IMG/VR virus record: IMGVR_UViG_3300024999_000045 | Coordinates: 1-64,000 of that record | Strand: one strand, 5' to 3' | From: a virus | Length of the DNA: 64,000 bases | Shown: piece by piece, positions 1 through 9,613 of the stretch | Numbering within the stretch: the stretch's first letter is position 1 | Layout of the letters: each line of letters begins with the position of its first letter | Position numbers and translations under genes: made by a program | Notes under the pieces: model-generated | What the model saw: only the letters and a program-made list of their open reading frames with translations | Told to the model about the DNA's origin: nothing | Databases searched by the model: none

Positions 1-140
1 TAAGAGCATTAAAAACACTTACAAAGACTTATAAATATCTAATAATTAATTATAATTCGTTTGAATAAAAATTGGATAAATTAATAATTAGGTTATATTA
101 TCAATAATCAATAAAAGTAATAAATACAAGTTAATATAAT

Positions 141-259
141 AGTTATAACAGAAGTTGATTCCAGCTTGACGAAAATTTCTATAACAGAAACTCCTGCAAG
201 GTTGACGAGTTTTTGAAAAATAAGTTATAACAGAAGCAGCTCCAGGTTTGAAAGATTTT
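141..259 (+). repeat. Three imperfect ~40-bp tandem repeats starting TATAACAGAA
   Basis: agttataacagaagttgattccagcttgacgaaaa (141), ctataacagaaactcctgcaaggttgacgag (179), agttataacagaagcagctccaggtttgaaag (223). Confidence 0.7.
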
Positions 260-348
260 AAAAAAAAATATTATAAATTGCTGCAAGATCAGGAATAAAA
301 ACAAAATAAAAACATATAATATAAATATAAAAACATTATAAAAAGTTG

Positions 349-377
349 TTGACACACAAAAAATTATATGGTAAAAT
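349..377 (+). promoter_or_regulatory. Sigma-A promoter (TTGACA-17-TAAAAT, extended -10 TG)
   Basis: TTGACA 349-354, TG 369-370, TAAAAT 372-377. Confidence 0.8.
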
Positions 378-491
378 TAGTTATAAGTTAAAGAAACACA
401 TAAACACTATAACAGAAAAGGTTTTAAGGTCGACAGATTTTAAATTAATGGTTTATTTTATCAAATAAAAACATAACAACGGAGGTTTAAA

Positions 492-695
492 ATGAGCAAC
501 TTTAAAGGATCAGAATTAGAAAAAAGTATTATAACAAATAATGATATTAAAGGTTTGAAAAATGTTAAGTCATACACAGAAGGTGCGATTGAATTTCATA
601 CGTTGCATAATAAAGAAAATGAAATTATATTTTTTAAATCGGCTTTAAAATTAATAAATAGTAAAATTAAGAAATTAGATAAAATAAAAATATAA
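492..695 (+). CDS. Hypothetical phage protein
   Basis: ORF with GGAGG RBS. Confidence 0.7.
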   Translation: MSNFKGSELEKSIITNNDIKGLKNVKSYTEGAIEFHTLHNKENEIIFFKSALKLINSKIKKLDKIKI

Positions 696-932
696 TTATA
701 AAGGAGTTTTTAAAATGTTAGATAAAGAAAAATTAATTAATTCTATGAATGAAAAAATCGAATTTTTAGAAGTAGAAAATATAAAAGATAGTTTATGTAA
801 AGCAAAAGAATTAAAAGAATTATTATATGTAATAAATAAAGGTTGTTTTGATATTAATTAAATAAAAAAAGACTTGTTTTAACTGATAACAAAAAGTAAA
901 ATTAAAATAAAAAATTAGAGGAGATTAAAATT

Positions 933-1250
933 ATGAATAAAAATTATACAAGTGAATTAAATATTAATTATAAAATGCAACAACAAGCAATAAAAGAAAT
1001 TTGCGAGGAATTAAATTTAATAGTCTTTTACCCAGATTATCATGCAGACAAAACAGACAAAAACACAGTTTTAATATATAAACAAAATGCAACGGAAAAC
1101 GATCCTTATATATGTCATTTTGAAAATACAGATATAAATAATAACTTTTCATATGATTGGTTAAATCATGGTAAAATTGATGTCAGAGGTTTAAATTTTA
1201 AAGAAAAAATAAAAGAATTTATAATATCTAAATTAGAGGAGAGTGTTTAA
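933..1250 (+). CDS. Hypothetical phage protein
   Basis: ORF with GAGGAG RBS. Confidence 0.75.
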   Translation: MNKNYTSELNINYKMQQQAIKEICEELNLIVFYPDYHADKTDKNTVLIYKQNATENDPYICHFENTDINNNFSYDWLNHGKIDVRGLNFKEKIKEFIISKLEESV

Positions 1251-1252
1251 AA

Positions 1253-1459
1253 ATGTTTGAAGATAAATTTTGTATTAAAGATAGTATTTTAGATAGTATT
1301 GATTTTGAGGAATTAATTGAAATGGTACAATGTAACGAAAAAATAATTAATGAATTTACTATAACAAAATGTTATAATGAATTATTAGAAATGAAGTTAG
1401 AAAATGCAAAAGAAATGTTTAAAAGTAATATGGAAAATATTTTAAAGGAGTGTATTTAA
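1253..1459 (+). CDS. Hypothetical phage protein
   Basis: ORF with GAGGAG RBS, coupled to upstream gene. Confidence 0.7.
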   Translation: MFEDKFCIKDSILDSIDFEELIEMVQCNEKIINEFTITKCYNELLEMKLENAKEMFKSNMENILKECI

Positions 1460-1630
1460 TATGAATAATAAAGAGAGAATCGTAATGATGGAAAATAATC
1501 TCCGGGAGTCATATAACAAGCTACAAAGAAATGAAATAACAAGAGAGCAATATTCAGTTTTAAAAAATGATGTTGATAATAGAATTAAAGAAATTAAAGC
1601 AGAAATTAAGAAGGGTAAAGGTGAAAAATA

Positions 1631-1843
1631 ATGAATAATAAACTATTTACATTAAAAGAATTAGAGAAAATGGAAACAATTTCACAAGGACACATGGACA
1701 ATCTAAAATATCAAGATACAAACATTAAAATATGGTTATCAAGAATGACAATTGAAGATGGGGCAGAATATAACAATCAAGTTACAGTAGAAAATTATAT
1801 TAATAATGAATGGGTAACTGTATTAGAATATCAAGCATTATAA
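1631..1843 (+). CDS. Hypothetical phage protein
   Basis: ORF with AAGGTG RBS. Confidence 0.7.
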   Translation: MNNKLFTLKELEKMETISQGHMDNLKYQDTNIKIWLSRMTIEDGAEYNNQVTVENYINNEWVTVLEYQAL

Positions 1844-2324
1844 AGGCAAATGACTCTAATTTGCTAAAAATATAATAAAATTATAACAATACCAACATAA
1901 ACTATAACATAAAAGGGGAATATATTATGGTAAAAGTAATTTCTTTAATTAATGGTGCTGGATTGACTAAAAATAATACTTATAATGCAATAGATTTTGT
2001 GAAGGGGATAGGTTTAACAGTTATAATTGAGGATAATGATGGTATCGAGCAAAGTTTAAGTCAGGGTAATTATTCAATAATAGAATAGTTATAACAAAAA
2101 TATAATAATAATTAAATAAAGTAATAGTTTTGTTTAAAAATATGAGCGCCTGGAGGGGTTAAAATGCAAGATAAATGGTTAATAGTATTTACAAACGGAA
2201 AAACAGAAATAATGACTCATAAGATGGTTAAGTATTTTACAGATAAGTTTCCATCAATAGTAAAGAGTTGTGGGTTTATAGGTTAAACAAAATGATAATT
2301 ATATTGAGAATGGAGATTGATACT

Positions 2325-2495
2325 ATGAAACGCAGAACATTAAAAAATATGGATAAAGCTACTAAAATGATAGTAGAAAAAGGATATGATTGGAATACAG
2401 CAAATGAGATTGCAATACAATGTTTTGACCGATTAGAGCAAATAAAAAATGGTATGAACGTAGAATGGTTTATTAATAAAATTGCAATAAAATAA
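2325..2495 (+). CDS. Hypothetical phage protein
   Basis: Start moved to ATG 2325 behind GGAG RBS. Confidence 0.6.
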   Translation: MKRRTLKNMDKATKMIVEKGYDWNTANEIAIQCFDRLEQIKNGMNVEWFINKIAIK

Positions 2496-2524
2496 ACATT
2501 TTAAATGAAAAGGAGAGATTAATT

Positions 2525-2830
2525 ATGAATAAAGTAGATATTAGTAAATTAACAAAAATACCTTTTAACAGTAGTCAATCAGATTTAGTTAAATATAATG
2601 GTGAAGATTTTGAAATTATTAGAGAGTTAGACATGGAAACAGAATATGATTTTGAGGGAATATATATGTTTGAGATTAAATTCTCAAATGGAGATATTAT
2701 TCAAGTATTTGATGATGAAATAGTTAAAAACTTCTTTATCTATAATGTTTGTGGAGAACAATTCAATGATGATTTTCTAGCAATAGATGGTGGAGAACAT
2801 ATTTGCCAAAAGTGTTTTGATAATAATTAA
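2525..2830 (+). CDS. Hypothetical protein with C-terminal Cys-pair (zinc-ribbon-like) motifs
   Basis: YNVCGE...ICQKC; AAGGAG RBS. Confidence 0.7.
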   Translation: MNKVDISKLTKIPFNSSQSDLVKYNGEDFEIIRELDMETEYDFEGIYMFEIKFSNGDIIQVFDDEIVKNFFIYNVCGEQFNDDFLAIDGGEHICQKCFDNN

Positions 2831-2869
2831 ATAAAAAATTGATTTTATCAAATAAAAGGAGAGATAAAA

Positions 2870-3286
2870 ATGGAATTTGAAGAAAAAATAATTAAACTAA
2901 CATCAATGAAGCCTAATGGTTTTAAGGAATTTGAAAAATGTGTATATAGTTTATTTGCCGAAGATGAAATATCAATGTCACAAATGAGAGATTGTTATAC
3001 AATAGGTTTTATAGGAAATAATGATAGTCTATATTATGATTGGTATAACAAAACATGGTCAGCAAGTGAAAATATAACAATATACACATCAAAAACTATA
3101 ACAGTAAAATTTATAGGAGCAGACAGTTGGGGCAGAAAAGTATATCAAAACATTGAAAGCAAAAGATTATACAAAGATCCTAAAAGTTTAAATTATTCAG
3201 GTTTACATACAACAGACAGTTTTGAAGGTGAGCCAGATTGTCCATTAAGAGAAGATTTAATTATAAATTATATTGAAGAAGATTAA
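2870..3286 (+). CDS. Hypothetical phage protein
   Basis: AAGGAG RBS; C-terminal SWGRKVY...GEPDCP segment. Confidence 0.75.
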   Translation: MEFEEKIIKLTSMKPNGFKEFEKCVYSLFAEDEISMSQMRDCYTIGFIGNNDSLYYDWYNKTWSASENITIYTSKTITVKFIGADSWGRKVYQNIESKRLYKDPKSLNYSGLHTTDSFEGEPDCPLREDLIINYIEED

Positions 3287-3328
3287 ATGAAAAGACAATT
3301 TTAATTAAAAATTAAAAGGAGATAAAAA

Positions 3329-3523
3329 ATGGATATTATAACAACAGTAAAATGGGTTAATGGGAATGATAGTGCAAATGATTGTATTATAAGATATTGC
3401 AAAGAAAATAATATAGATTTTAGATATAACCATTACTTTAACTTAGAAATATTTATGAGAGGAGAATGGAAAGGCACAGATTATAAATGTAACGGTGAAG
3501 ATATGCAAATATTAATAAAATAA
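3329..3523 (+). CDS. Hypothetical phage protein
   Basis: AAGGAG RBS. Confidence 0.7.
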   Translation: MDIITTVKWVNGNDSANDCIIRYCKENNIDFRYNHYFNLEIFMRGEWKGTDYKCNGEDMQILIK

Positions 3524-3761
3524 TATAATAAAAGGAGAATTATAATGATTAAAATATTAAGGATGAATAATAAAACTTATAAACATTTTTTAACACTAAT
3601 AAATGATGGTATAAATATTATTGGAAATGGCACAAATATTATAGTTGATGAAACATTAAATGATGATGATATAAGAACAGAATACAAAAATATTAATAAT
3701 TTAATACAATAATTAAATAAAAGGACGAATTTATCAAAAAATATAACAATGGAGGTATATT

Positions 3762-4013
3762 ATGAGTAAAATTAAAGTATTTGAGTTTGAAGTGTGCAAT
3801 AGTGCAACATGGGACACAAAGGGATTGAGCCAGGAATGGTTAAAAAGATGTCAAGAAAGATTATTTAATATGAGCGACATAGAAAATACAATTAATGATT
3901 TTTTAAAAGATAAAAAATTAATAGATATTAAGATAAATAATGTAGATGTTAATTATCATAATAATGGTAGAACGAATACTATAAATTTAATATATACAAT
4001 ATTATTTGAATAG
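3762..4013 (+). CDS. Hypothetical phage protein
   Basis: GGAGG RBS. Confidence 0.7.
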   Translation: MSKIKVFEFEVCNSATWDTKGLSQEWLKRCQERLFNMSDIENTINDFLKDKKLIDIKINNVDVNYHNNGRTNTINLIYTILFE

Positions 4014-4056
4014 AATAGATGTTTTACTAAAAGTTATAACAAGAAAGGGTTTAAGT

Positions 4057-4281
4057 ATGACAGTAAGTGAAATTATTAATAAAAAGTATAACAAATACGA
4101 TAAAAAAGATGAAGAAAATAAAAATTATAAAAGAAAATTTAACAATGATCAGATAAGAGAGATAAGAAATATATATGAAAATGAAACTGATAGCATTAGA
4201 GATATTGCAAAAATATATAATGTAAGCCCTGAAACAATTAGCAGAATAATAAATAATAAAAGTTATAAATATGTAGTTTAA
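4057..4281 (+). CDS. Small helix-turn-helix DNA-binding protein
   Basis: SIRDIAKIYNVSPETISRII HTH; start moved to ATG 4057 behind AGAAAGGG. Confidence 0.7.
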   Translation: MTVSEIINKKYNKYDKKDEENKNYKRKFNNDQIREIRNIYENETDSIRDIAKIYNVSPETISRIINNKSYKYVV

Positions 4282-4295
4282 TTTGGAAATATTTG

Positions 4296-4324
4296 TTGAC
4301 ACAGTATAATTATAATAGTATAAT
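4296..4324 (+). promoter_or_regulatory. Consensus sigma-A promoter
   Basis: TTGACA 4296-4301, 17 bp, TATAAT 4319-4324. Confidence 0.85.
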
Positions 4325-4698
4325 AAATCTATCTTATAACAGTAAAGGAGTTGAGCTTAATGAAAAACTTAGAACAAATGAAAATATATTACTTAGATAG
4401 ATTGGAAAACCTAAGAATGAAAACAGAAGTGAAGTTAAAATTTGCAGAAATTAATCTATAAATATAATAATATGAGGTGGATTAGATGGGTTACTTTAAA
4501 TTAAAATGTAGTCAATGTGGCAGCACAGATATAGATTTTGGATTAAATAGTAATATAATAGTTTGCAATAGTTGTGGTAAAGGTGATGAAAATGTTGATG
4601 TTGCACTAATTGATACTAGCTGGACAGAGTGGATAGAAGAAGATTAAACAAAATAAGGGTTTGATTGAAATAAAAATATAACGATAGGAGGAATAAAA

Positions 4699-4914
4699 AT
4701 GTTAGAGGATTTTAAAAATGAAATTGATATTGCAATAGGAAAATATGGAAACGATCATATTGATGTAGTAATTGAAGATAATAAAATTTATGGTATGTAT
4801 CATAGCGAAAATGATAGTTTTGGAGTAACAAAAGATTATATTATTAATGTAGCAGCGTATGAAGAGTTAGAAAAGTATTGTAATTTAAGAGATATTGGAC
4901 TTTGTGAAGATTGA
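4699..4914 (+). CDS. Hypothetical phage protein
   Basis: AGGAGG RBS. Confidence 0.7.
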   Translation: MLEDFKNEIDIAIGKYGNDHIDVVIEDNKIYGMYHSENDSFGVTKDYIINVAAYEELEKYCNLRDIGLCED

Positions 4915-5179
4915 ATAAAACAGAAGTTTCGTCTAAAATAAAGTTTGAGTTTAGATTAACCTAAAAATTATAACAGAGGAGGTATAACAGATGGCAAGAT
5001 TTGTATTGGTTTGTGAATGTGATAGTGATGATTTTGAGCATATTAATGATGTAGATAGTTTTGTATGTATGAATTGTGGAAAAGTATATAATGAATCTGA
5101 AGCTGGAACGAATTTATTATATGAAGAAGAGGAATAAAGATTAAATAAATTGAAGATTTTAAATAAAGGAGAATGAAAA

Positions 5180-5524
5180 ATGAAATTTGAAAATGTAAAT
5201 GAGTTAGCAAATGTATTAAGAACAAGAAGTCAGATACCTGGTCAGTATTTTGAAATTGATGATATTGTATTATTTAATGAATCAAACAATGAGGATTTAA
5301 TACATTATCATCAAGAGTATTCAGTTTACTGTTGGCATGGGGATAAAATATTAAAGAAAATCGAATCTATAACAGTAACAATGTACGAGTCAGACGAAGA
5401 ACTTGCAGAACAACTAGATCAGTTTATAAATGAAGAAATGGGATTTATATATGATAAAGAAATGACAATTGAACAGTTTGAGAAGTATAAACAAGATTTT
5501 GAGGAATTTGCTAGAAATTATTAA
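5180..5524 (+). CDS. Hypothetical acidic phage protein
   Basis: AAGGAG RBS. Confidence 0.7.
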   Translation: MKFENVNELANVLRTRSQIPGQYFEIDDIVLFNESNNEDLIHYHQEYSVYCWHGDKILKKIESITVTMYESDEELAEQLDQFINEEMGFIYDKEMTIEQFEKYKQDFEEFARNY

Positions 5525-5576
5525 ACAAAATGAATCTTTCGTTCAAATATTATAACAGATGGGGGGGGGTGAAATA

Positions 5577-6773
5577 ATGAAAAATTATAAAACAATATTA
5601 ATACCTGTAAAATGTTCAAAAGAAGAATTGCATATATTATTTCAATATAATAGATTATCGGCTCAAGTATGGAATTTGTGCTTAGAATTAGATAAAAAAT
5701 ATAAAGAAGAAAACAAAAAACATATATCTAACAATGATTTACAAAAACAAACTAAAAAATGTATAGAACTTCCTGCAAAGTGTATTCATCATGTTGTTCA
5801 TAAGTATTTATTTGCAAGAGATTCAATGTTTAAGAGTATTAAAGCAAAACACAAAAATAGCAACAAAGTTAAATTGCCTTATAGAACAAAAAAATATTTT
5901 ACTACTGGTTGGGATTATCAAAGTATTAAAACAGATTATAACAAAGGACTTATCCAACTTGTAAGACCAAAAATTAAAACTGAAAATGGGATTAAAAGGC
6001 AAGAAAGTATTAAATGTTATTCAAAGAATCTACCACAAAACATTAAAGAAGTTGAACTTATTTGGAGAAATAAATTATATCTAGCAATAAAATATCTCGA
6101 CAATACAGAATATCAACAAATACAATCAAACAATACTTCTGCAATAGATTTAGGTGAAATCCATGCTATAACATCTATTGATAATAATGGTAATGCAATT
6201 ATAATTACTGGAAGAAAACTAAGAAGTATAAAGTATTTAAGAAATAAAAATCAAGCTAGAATATATGAGAAGATGAGCAAATGTACTAAAGGTAGTAAAC
6301 AGTATAAAAAATATATTAGATCATTAGAAAAATTGAGAATTAAAACAGAAAATCATATTAAAGATGGTGTTCATAAAGTTAGTAAACATTATTTAGATTA
6401 TTGCTTAAATAATAATATTAATACAGTTTATTATGGAGATTTAGATAGTTGTACTAGAAATACAAGAAAGAAACACGTTACAAATACAAATGTAAGACAA
6501 AAACTATCTCAATGGAACTATGGCTTGTTAATGCAAATATTAGAAAACAAACTAAAACAATACGGAATTAAATTAATAAAAGTTAAAGAATATTACACGT
6601 CAAAGACCTGTCCTGAATGTGGTTGTTTGAATAAACCAAAGAAAAGAAATTATAAGTGCGATTGTGGGTACACTCAACACAGAGATATTGTTGGAAGTAT
6701 AAACATTCTTAATACGAATAGTAGTTATAGAATTAAAAAGTATAACAATAAAAAGTATCTACAAATTGCTTAG
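5577..6773 (+). CDS. tnpB: TnpB RNA-guided endonuclease (IS200/IS605/IS607 superfamily), rearranged RuvC type
   Basis: RuvC-I SAIDLG, RuvC-II position YYGDL with alternative Glu in VKEYYTSKTC, zinc ribbon CPECG...CDCG, RuvC-III HRDIVGSINI; no tnpA nearby. Confidence 0.9.
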   Translation: MKNYKTILIPVKCSKEELHILFQYNRLSAQVWNLCLELDKKYKEENKKHISNNDLQKQTKKCIELPAKCIHHVVHKYLFARDSMFKSIKAKHKNSNKVKLPYRTKKYFTTGWDYQSIKTDYNKGLIQLVRPKIKTENGIKRQESIKCYSKNLPQNIKEVELIWRNKLYLAIKYLDNTEYQQIQSNNTSAIDLGEIHAITSIDNNGNAIIITGRKLRSIKYLRNKNQARIYEKMSKCTKGSKQYKKYIRSLEKLRIKTENHIKDGVHKVSKHYLDYCLNNNINTVYYGDLDSCTRNTRKKHVTNTNVRQKLSQWNYGLLMQILENKLKQYGIKLIKVKEYYTSKTCPECGCLNKPKKRNYKCDCGYTQHRDIVGSINILNTNSSYRIKKYNNKKYLQIA

Positions 6774-6860
6774 GTATGAGTAGTAAATGCAGATGTTGAC
6801 TGCCACTAGAAATAGTGTAGCCTATGTAAATAGGAAAGGTTAGAATAATCATTAACACAA
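6774..6860 (+). ncRNA. Candidate omega (re)RNA / right end of tnpB element
   Basis: Relatively GC-richer non-coding stretch directly 3' of tnpB, where TnpB guide scaffolds are encoded; boundaries not determined. Confidence 0.45.
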
Positions 6861-7141
6861 TGAATCTTTTATAATTTAAACTTTCAACAAAATAGGGATT
6901 TTACATAACATAAGGAGGATTTAAGATGAACATTATAACAGAACATAAAACATTTAGCCCATATTGGGGCAAGATAGTACAGAAATCTAAGCCTGGTGAA
7001 ATGATTGACTATGTTGTATATAGTGGTAACATTGCATATTCAGGATTAGTAGACAAAGAAGTTGATAAGGAGTTGAGAAAAAGAATTAATATATTGGTTT
7101 AAAATATAAAAATAATAATATGGAAATATATTAAATTTACA

Positions 7142-7170
7142 TTGACTTATATAAATGGTTAATGTAAAAT
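7142..7170 (+). promoter_or_regulatory. Sigma-A promoter
   Basis: TTGACT 7142-7147, 17 bp, TAAAAT 7165-7170. Confidence 0.7.
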
Positions 7171-7193
7171 ATATACATGGTGGTGAGTTTTAT

Positions 7194-7682
7194 ATGCTAA
7201 GTAAAGAGTTTTATGATTATACAATATTTGAAAATGGTGAAATATATAAAGGCGAAAAAAGAGTATCAATAAGAATTAATGACGGAAGATATGAAACTAG
7301 ATTGACAATTGAAGGAAAAAGAAAGAATTTCATACTAGCAAGACTTATGTTCTTAGTATTTAAAGAATTTAATATTGATGATAAAAATTTGTGTATCTGC
7401 AACAAGGATGGCGATAAACTGAATATTAATCTTGATAATTTGTATTTAGAAGATAGAAAAAATTTAATTCAAGGTGATAAACATAAAAATCAAGCCAAAA
7501 TATCCGATTTAGAGGCAGAAGAAATAAGAAAAGAGTATAATGGTAAAGTTGGAAGCAATCAACATGATAAAATAGGATTATCCTTAAATGATTTAGCAAA
7601 GAAATACAATGTAACTAAAGGATTAATTGCTCAAATTGTTAGTGGTAGGTGCAGAAATAAAAGCAAATATATATTAAAATAA
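7194..7682 (+). CDS. Degenerate HNH-like protein with C-terminal HTH
   Basis: CNKDGDKLNINLDNL resembles HNH motif (NHKDGNKxNNxxxNL) lacking His; C-terminal LNDLAKKYNVTKGLIAQIV HTH. Confidence 0.65.
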   Translation: MLSKEFYDYTIFENGEIYKGEKRVSIRINDGRYETRLTIEGKRKNFILARLMFLVFKEFNIDDKNLCICNKDGDKLNINLDNLYLEDRKNLIQGDKHKNQAKISDLEAEEIRKEYNGKVGSNQHDKIGLSLNDLAKKYNVTKGLIAQIVSGRCRNKSKYILK

Positions 7683-7696
7683 TACGAGGTGATTAA

Positions 7697-7957
7697 ATGT
7701 TAGAATTAGGTCAAGTGGTAGCAACTCCAGGTGTCATTGAATCAATTAGTCAAGAAGATATAAATGAAGCATTAGATAAGCATAGATTAGGTAATTGGGG
7801 TAATGTTTGCGATGAGGATTGGGAAACAAATAATGAGGCGCTAAATGATGACGGAAGGGTATTATCATCATATACATCTAAGGAAGGAAATGAATTTTGG
7901 ATTTTATCTGAAGGTGACCGTTCTTCAACAACCGTTTTGCTGCCATCAGAATATTAA
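7697..7957 (+). CDS. Conserved mobile-element hypothetical protein
   Basis: GNWGNVCDED...RVLSSY...TTVLLPSEY pattern typical of a widespread plasmid/phage family of unknown function. Confidence 0.75.
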   Translation: MLELGQVVATPGVIESISQEDINEALDKHRLGNWGNVCDEDWETNNEALNDDGRVLSSYTSKEGNEFWILSEGDRSSTTVLLPSEY

Positions 7958-8000
7958 TATTTATTTAAAAGGTGAAATTTATTTAAATTTAGAATAAGGA

Positions 8001-8546
8001 GTGATAGTTATAGCACCACCAATTAAAGGATTTAATGACTATGAAGTAAGAGATAAAACAACTGCAATATTTTTATATAAAACAAATGGTGAAAAATTTG
8101 AAACCTTGATAGACACAGAAGATTTAGAAAGAATAAAAGAATTGGGTTTACATTGGCATTTGAGATATGCTCCTAAAACAAAATCATATTATGCTAAGGC
8201 AACGGGCAATAAATATAATCATAGTAATAAGTCTAATATATATTTACATATGATTATTATGTGTTCTGATTTTAATAAAAAACAATATGTAAATCATAAA
8301 AACCACAACACTTTAGATAATAGAAAAAATAACCTTGAAATTGATACTAATCGTGGCAATTCACAAAAAAGAATAAAACCAAATTCTAATAATAAATCAG
8401 GGTATAGAAATGTGTGTTGGATACTTGGGCAATGGTGGGTACAAATGCAGATTAATGGCAAAAATAAGGTATTAGGTAAGTTTGATGACGTTCACGAAGC
8501 CGGTATTTTTGCTAAAGAAATGAGAAATAAATATTATAAAAAATAA
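8001..8546 (+). CDS. HNH endonuclease with AP2 DNA-binding domain
   Basis: VNHKNHNTLDNRKNNL HNH; NNKSGYRNVCW...LGKFDDVHEA AP2. Confidence 0.85.
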   Translation: MIVIAPPIKGFNDYEVRDKTTAIFLYKTNGEKFETLIDTEDLERIKELGLHWHLRYAPKTKSYYAKATGNKYNHSNKSNIYLHMIIMCSDFNKKQYVNHKNHNTLDNRKNNLEIDTNRGNSQKRIKPNSNNKSGYRNVCWILGQWWVQMQINGKNKVLGKFDDVHEAGIFAKEMRNKYYKK

Positions 8547-8561
8547 CTTAAATCTAAATAA

Positions 8562-8798
8562 ATGAGAAATTTTAATTGGAGTGATAGTATGACTAAAGAT
8601 AAACAAAGACACAATCCTGATAAGCCACAAAATAATTATGGAAGTTGGTGTTCTTATTACGAAGAGTATTCTAACGGTTCAGTAGGTTGCGAAAGAGGTT
8701 TAGATGTATCTGTTTGTAAAGGGAATCCTCATAATTGTATTAAAATTAAATATAAAGAATTAGCATCAAGAAGTGACAGACAAAAAATAGAAGATTGA
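8562..8798 (+). CDS. Hypothetical Cys-containing protein
   Basis: ORF; CKGNPHNCIK motif. Confidence 0.6.
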   Translation: MRNFNWSDSMTKDKQRHNPDKPQNNYGSWCSYYEEYSNGSVGCERGLDVSVCKGNPHNCIKIKYKELASRSDRQKIED

Positions 8799-8834
8799 AT
8801 AAAAAAGATATTTCATTTAGAAAGGAATGATTAA

Positions 8835-9113
8835 ATGAGTTTAAAACATAAAGAGACAATGATATTTTATGATAAAAATAAGGAATATATTGTGTCTATT
8901 AATGATTATTTAAAAGTAAAAGTTAAAGAACATGACAAAATTAAAGTCTTAGATGGATATGTTAGTACAATTGATACATTTGAAAGAGGAATAATAGAAT
9001 TAGAAGAATTTATTGACGGTAAACACAATTTTAAACCTTTCGATTATGGTTGTGTAGAAGAAATTATTGAACACATAAAAGATGGACAAAAGTTAGCAAA
9101 AATATTTAAATGA
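8835..9113 (+). CDS. Hypothetical phage protein
   Basis: AAAGGA RBS. Confidence 0.7.
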   Translation: MSLKHKETMIFYDKNKEYIVSINDYLKVKVKEHDKIKVLDGYVSTIDTFERGIIELEEFIDGKHNFKPFDYGCVEEIIEHIKDGQKLAKIFK

Positions 9114-9143
9114 AACTAAAATTTCACTTAAAGAGAGGACAAT

Positions 9144-9329
9144 ATGAATGATATTGAAGAAATAATTAGACAAATTACAGTAAGAATGCCTAATTCTTAT
9201 GAAGAATGTAAAACTGTTTATTTAAAATTTGGAGATGTAGAAAAGACAGAAAAGGTACTGAATTTATATAATAGATTGCCATGTTTTCAAGGTAAACCAG
9301 AATTATATGATTTTTTAAAGATATGCTAG
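9144..9329 (+). CDS. Hypothetical phage protein
   Basis: GAGAGG RBS. Confidence 0.65.
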   Translation: MNDIEEIIRQITVRMPNSYEECKTVYLKFGDVEKTEKVLNLYNRLPCFQGKPELYDFLKIC

Positions 9330-9613
9330 TTTTGATAAAAAGAATATTTTGTTTTAAGAGCATTTATGATATACTAAATAAAAAAAGAAAAGGGGAAATT
9401 AATATGAAAAAGAAATATGTTTTAGAAATTCAAACGGGGGAATCAATTATGTAATGGAGATATAGACTCCGTAGTATTTTATTTTCTTGAAGAAGAAAAA
9501 AATAAAATGGATATTATTTTGGAAATAGCTATTGAGAATAGTTATAAGACAATGGTGTATCTTGATGATGATATTGAATAAAACGAACATTTTATCTTAA
9601 AAGGAGTGAACAT

